64,000 nucleotides of DNA from NCBI RefSeq assembly GCF_030013595.1, contig NZ_CP122768.1; one strand, written 5' to 3'. Positions 60,836-64,000 of this stretch are shown here, piece by piece (position 1 is the first letter of the stretch; the number at the start of each line of letters is the position of its first letter). Under the pieces are notes generated by a model, which was not told the origin of the DNA, ran no database searches, and saw nothing but the letters and a program-made list of their open reading frames with translations. A program made the position numbers and the translations under genes. The DNA is from Escherichia coli (GTDB lineage: Bacteria > Pseudomonadota > Gammaproteobacteria > Enterobacterales > Enterobacteriaceae).

Positions 60836-62037
60836 GCGATCTCCTTAGCAGTCTGCGGTGCCGCACGGAGGAAGAAGCGTTTTTCCCAGCCGATAATCAA
60901 CATCAGCGCAGCAAACAACAGCAAATATGTCACCAGCAGGCCACCCATCGGACCAAAGGTTTTCAGTAGGTTGATTTTGTCCCAGTCGGTGGCCAGCGCC
61001 GGAGCGAAATCATCCCAGTAGTACGCCAGAATCGTTGAGCCGATCACGTTGCCCAGACCGACCCACCAGTAGTGCACCTGGCCTTCTACCGCGCGGTACA
61101 TCCAGCCGGTTTCGCAGCCGCCTGCCAGCACGATGCCAAAACCAAACAGTAAACCACCAATTACCGCGTTTGGTCCTGCCCACATGATTTTGGGTTCAAC
61201 GCCTAACTGTACGTAACTGAAGATCCCGATGGCACTTACCGCCATACCGATAATGATTGCTTTCGCCATATGGGTACGTCCGGTGATCCACATATCGCGG
61301 AACGCCGAAGTAAAGCAGATTTGCGCACGTTCAATCAGTAAACCAAAGCCGACGCCAAACAGCATTGCCAGCCCCAGTTTGGGCTGGTTCATCGCCGTCA
61401 GCAGCGCCCAGCCCAGCATGCCGAAAAAGACCAGCATCCCGAGACGAAAACGACGCCGCGCCTGATCCGGTTTTTGCGTCAGCGGCGAGGCGGCAGAAAC
61501 TTTCTGCATTTTCACGGGAATACGGAAGATGGGCAGCAGGGTAAAGCGCGCGCCAAACCATGAACCAATGGCAGTGGCGATGGCAAAGAACCAGGCGTGC
61601 AGCGAGAACTGAGGAATGCCGGTAAAGAACGCCGCCAGGTTACAGCCCATTGCCAGACGCGCGCCAAAACCGGCGATAATGCCGCCAATGATGGCCTGCA
61701 TAATGCGGATACGGCTGCGCGGCATGCGTAGTTTGATATTGTTGGCCCACAGCGCTGCGGCAAAGCAGCCGCCAAACATACCGAGGATCATCATCCCGTC
61801 GATGCGGGTTAATGGCGATCCTTCCAGATGGATAATTTTAAAGTAACCCCACTCTTCAGCATGGACGCCAAACAGCTGCAGGAGCTGACCGCCCCAACGG
61901 GTAAATTCACCCGTGACAGCCCAAAAGGTGCCAGTAATGCCAAAATAGTAAGTGGAGAGAATACCCGCCGCGATGACCGCAGGGATGGGTGCCCAGAATT
62001 TAATCAACCAGGCGTGTTTGAATTGCTGCCATGACAT
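60832..62037 (-). CDS. yedE: YeeE/YedE-family membrane transporter (selenium/thiosulfate-related)
   Basis: 401-aa polytopic membrane protein, start overlapping the yedF stop. Confidence 0.88.
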   Translation of the reverse strand: MSWQQFKHAWLIKFWAPIPAVIAAGILSTYYFGITGTFWAVTGEFTRWGGQLLQLFGVHAEEWGYFKIIHLEGSPLTRIDGMMILGMFGGCFAAALWANNIKLRMPRSRIRIMQAIIGGIIAGFGARLAMGCNLAAFFTGIPQFSLHAWFFAIATAIGSWFGARFTLLPIFRIPVKMQKVSAASPLTQKPDQARRRFRLGMLVFFGMLGWALLTAMNQPKLGLAMLFGVGFGLLIERAQICFTSAFRDMWITGRTHMAKAIIIGMAVSAIGIFSYVQLGVEPKIMWAGPNAVIGGLLFGFGIVLAGGCETGWMYRAVEGQVHYWWVGLGNVIGSTILAYYWDDFAPALATDWDKINLLKTFGPMGGLLVTYLLLFAALMLIIGWEKRFFLRAAPQTAKEIA

Positions 62038-62223
62038 GAATGTAGCCTCTGAACTCAGAAGGTTTGAAACAAGAGTCGCGAATCATACATCATGCACATT
62101 TATTTTCGGGGTAATAATTCACAAAAATAATAGTTAGATCAAATTTCTCTCTGAACCTGGAAAGGCTGGCGACATCAGGGCTTTAATGCCACAATCCTCT
62201 TTTCTTCTCATGCAGGACGAATG

Positions 62224-62637
62224 ATGAAAAAACTCGCAATTGCAGGCGCGCTCATGTTGCTGGCGGGCTGTGCCGAAGTCGAAAACTATAACAATGTCGT
62301 GAAAACCCCCGCGCCGGACTGGCTGGCGGGCTACTGGCAGACCAAAGGGCCGCAACGTGCGCTGGTCAGTCCGGAAGCGATAGGCAGCCTGATTGTCACT
62401 AAAGAGGGCGATACCCTCGATTGCCGTCAGTGGCAGCGGGTGATTGCCGTGCCGGGTAAATTGACATTGATGTCTGATGATCTCACTAACGTTACCGTAA
62501 AACGTGAGCTGTACGAGGTTGAGCGTGACGGTAACACCATTGAGTACGATGGTATGACGATGGAGCGTGTGGATCGCCCGACGGCAGAGTGTGCCGCCGC
62601 GCTGGATAAAGCGCCGTTACCGACGCCACTGCCGTAA
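62224..62637 (+). CDS. yedD: Lipoprotein YedD
   Basis: 137 aa with lipobox LLAGC. Confidence 0.85.
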   Translation: MKKLAIAGALMLLAGCAEVENYNNVVKTPAPDWLAGYWQTKGPQRALVSPEAIGSLIVTKEGDTLDCRQWQRVIAVPGKLTLMSDDLTNVTVKRELYEVERDGNTIEYDGMTMERVDRPTAECAAALDKAPLPTPLP

Positions 62638-62670
62638 TGAAATCTCCCCGGCTTGCCGCCGGGGATGAAT

Positions 62671-64000
62671 TTAAATCACCTCTTCGATAACCCACACGCT
62701 GACGCTGCCGCCGTTGCAAAAGAAGGTCGCTTCGCCGTTTTCGTCAGTCACTACGCTCTCTTGCCGGTTCCCCAGAAAATCACGCCAGGTTTTATTGCCG
62801 TAATTCTCTCCCAGATGAATGGTTTTTTCGCCATCATCCCCGTTCGACATGACCACCACGCAGCCGGGATATTCGTCAGTGCCACTGCGGCTAAAGGCAA
62901 TGCAGTTCGGATGGTCGAAAAATAACGTCTGTACACCGTGGGCGAAACGCTGACGGGCGAGAATTAACTCATCAAGCTGTTCGATTATTGGCATATCTAT
63001 CGGATAGGTTTGCCCGTCACCACCGACATCTTCGTAATGCGCACCGTAGAGGTCCGGATAGAACACCGAAGGAACGCCATTTTCCCGCAACAAAATTAGA
63101 GCATACGCCAGCGGTTTAAACCACGGTTCGACCGGCGCTTCGAGGGCTTGCAACGGTTGGGTGTCATGATTGGCAACGAGGGTTACGGCGTGGAAAGGAT
63201 CGGCTTCCACTAATGTACCCGTGAAAATCTGCGTCATGTCGTAGTCGCGCCCCATGCGCGATGCTTCATGGAATTTCATCTGCAGCGGCGCATCAAACAG
63301 CATGGTTTTGCCTTCCACCTGATCAATATACGTTTGCAGTTTATCGACTTCATGCGACCAGTATTCAGCCACAATAAATAGCGGCTTTGGTGCAACTTCC
63401 TGTACGTGTTCGATCCACTCTTTATAAAACCACGCCGGAATATGTTTGACCGCATCAAGACGAAAACCGTCGCATTGCGTTTGTTCCATCACCCAGCGCG
63501 CCCAGTATTTAATCTCTTCCGTCACGGCATGATTGCGGAAATCGATATTCTCGCCCATCAGGTAATCGAAATTACCGAGTTCATCATCAACCTGATCGTT
63601 CCAGCCTTCGCCGGTGTAGTCGTTAACAATTTTAAAAATGCCATCTTCATCAGGGTTTTCGATATGGTCGATACCGCTAAAACATTTAAAATCCCAGATA
63701 AACTGCGAGTATTGCCCGGCACGTGCGGGGAAGGTGTAACGCGTCCAGCCTTCGCACTCAATGATTTCTTCGTCAATTTGCGTACGATCGTCAGCATTTA
63801 CACGCTGCACGCGAATAGCTTCTTTTTCATCCGCGCCCATTTTGTGATTGACTACCACGTCCAGCAGCACCGCAATGTCATTACGTTTCAGAGCGTCAAT
63901 GGCGGCCAGCAGTTGTGTTTTATCGCCATATTTAGTAGGGATGCTGCCTTTCTGATCAAACTCGCCTAAATCAAATAAATCATAGGAGTCGTAGCCGACC
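62671..64000 (-). CDS. amyA: Cytoplasmic alpha-amylase (GH13), 5' end beyond the window
   Basis: More than 399 aa of GH13-like sequence with an open frame continuing upstream to the window edge. Confidence 0.85.
   Translation of the reverse strand, partial: VGYDSYDLFDLGEFDQKGSIPTKYGDKTQLLAAIDALKRNDIAVLLDVVVNHKMGADEKEAIRVQRVNADDRTQIDEEIIECEGWTRYTFPARAGQYSQFIWDFKCFSGIDHIENPDEDGIFKIVNDYTGEGWNDQVDDELGNFDYLMGENIDFRNHAVTEEIKYWARWVMEQTQCDGFRLDAVKHIPAWFYKEWIEHVQEVAPKPLFIVAEYWSHEVDKLQTYIDQVEGKTMLFDAPLQMKFHEASRMGRDYDMTQIFTGTLVEADPFHAVTLVANHDTQPLQALEAPVEPWFKPLAYALILLRENGVPSVFYPDLYGAHYEDVGGDGQTYPIDMPIIEQLDELILARQRFAHGVQTLFFDHPNCIAFSRSGTDEYPGCVVVMSNGDDGEKTIHLGENYGNKTWRDFLGNRQESVVTDENGEATFFCNGGSVSVWVIEEVI

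Overview
This window is an Escherichia coli / Shigella-type chromosomal segment, collinear with the K-12 interval amyA – yedDEFKL – flagellar region III (fliE–fliR) – rcsA/dsrB/yodD/dsrA – dgcQ – dcm/vsr – yedS – hchA – hprRS – hiuH – msrPQ – zinT – serU – mtfA – asnT – yeeJ – yeeL – shiA – amn – yeeN – asnW/yeeO/asnU/cbl/nac/asnV – ldtA – cobTSU, in inverted orientation relative to K-12 numbering. All identifications are from reading the ORF translations and sequence by eye; no database search was run. Most of the window is ordinary core genome with recognisable genes, four identical tRNA-Asn genes, tRNA-Ser(CGA) and the sRNA DsrA. The left 5.6 kb is accessory: a PfkB sugar kinase split by a complete IS1 with a perfect 9-bp target duplication, a short DeoR-like ORF, nested remnants of IS66-, IS3- and IS2-family elements abutting a truncated TonB-dependent receptor, and about 1.6 kb of AT-rich sequence with no credible ORF. 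I did not find a convincing undescribed multi-gene system (no CRISPR array, no defence-island-like operon, no prophage). The points most worth a second look are several independent gene-inactivating lesions (amber codons in fliP and yedK, a frameshift in the yeeJ adhesin gene, the IS1-disrupted kinase), an apparently intact AT-rich GT9-like glycosyltransferase (yeeL) next to the giant adhesin gene, a 609-bp tandem duplication inside yeeJ, and an orphan intrinsic terminator upstream of the yedS porin gene that may mark a small RNA.
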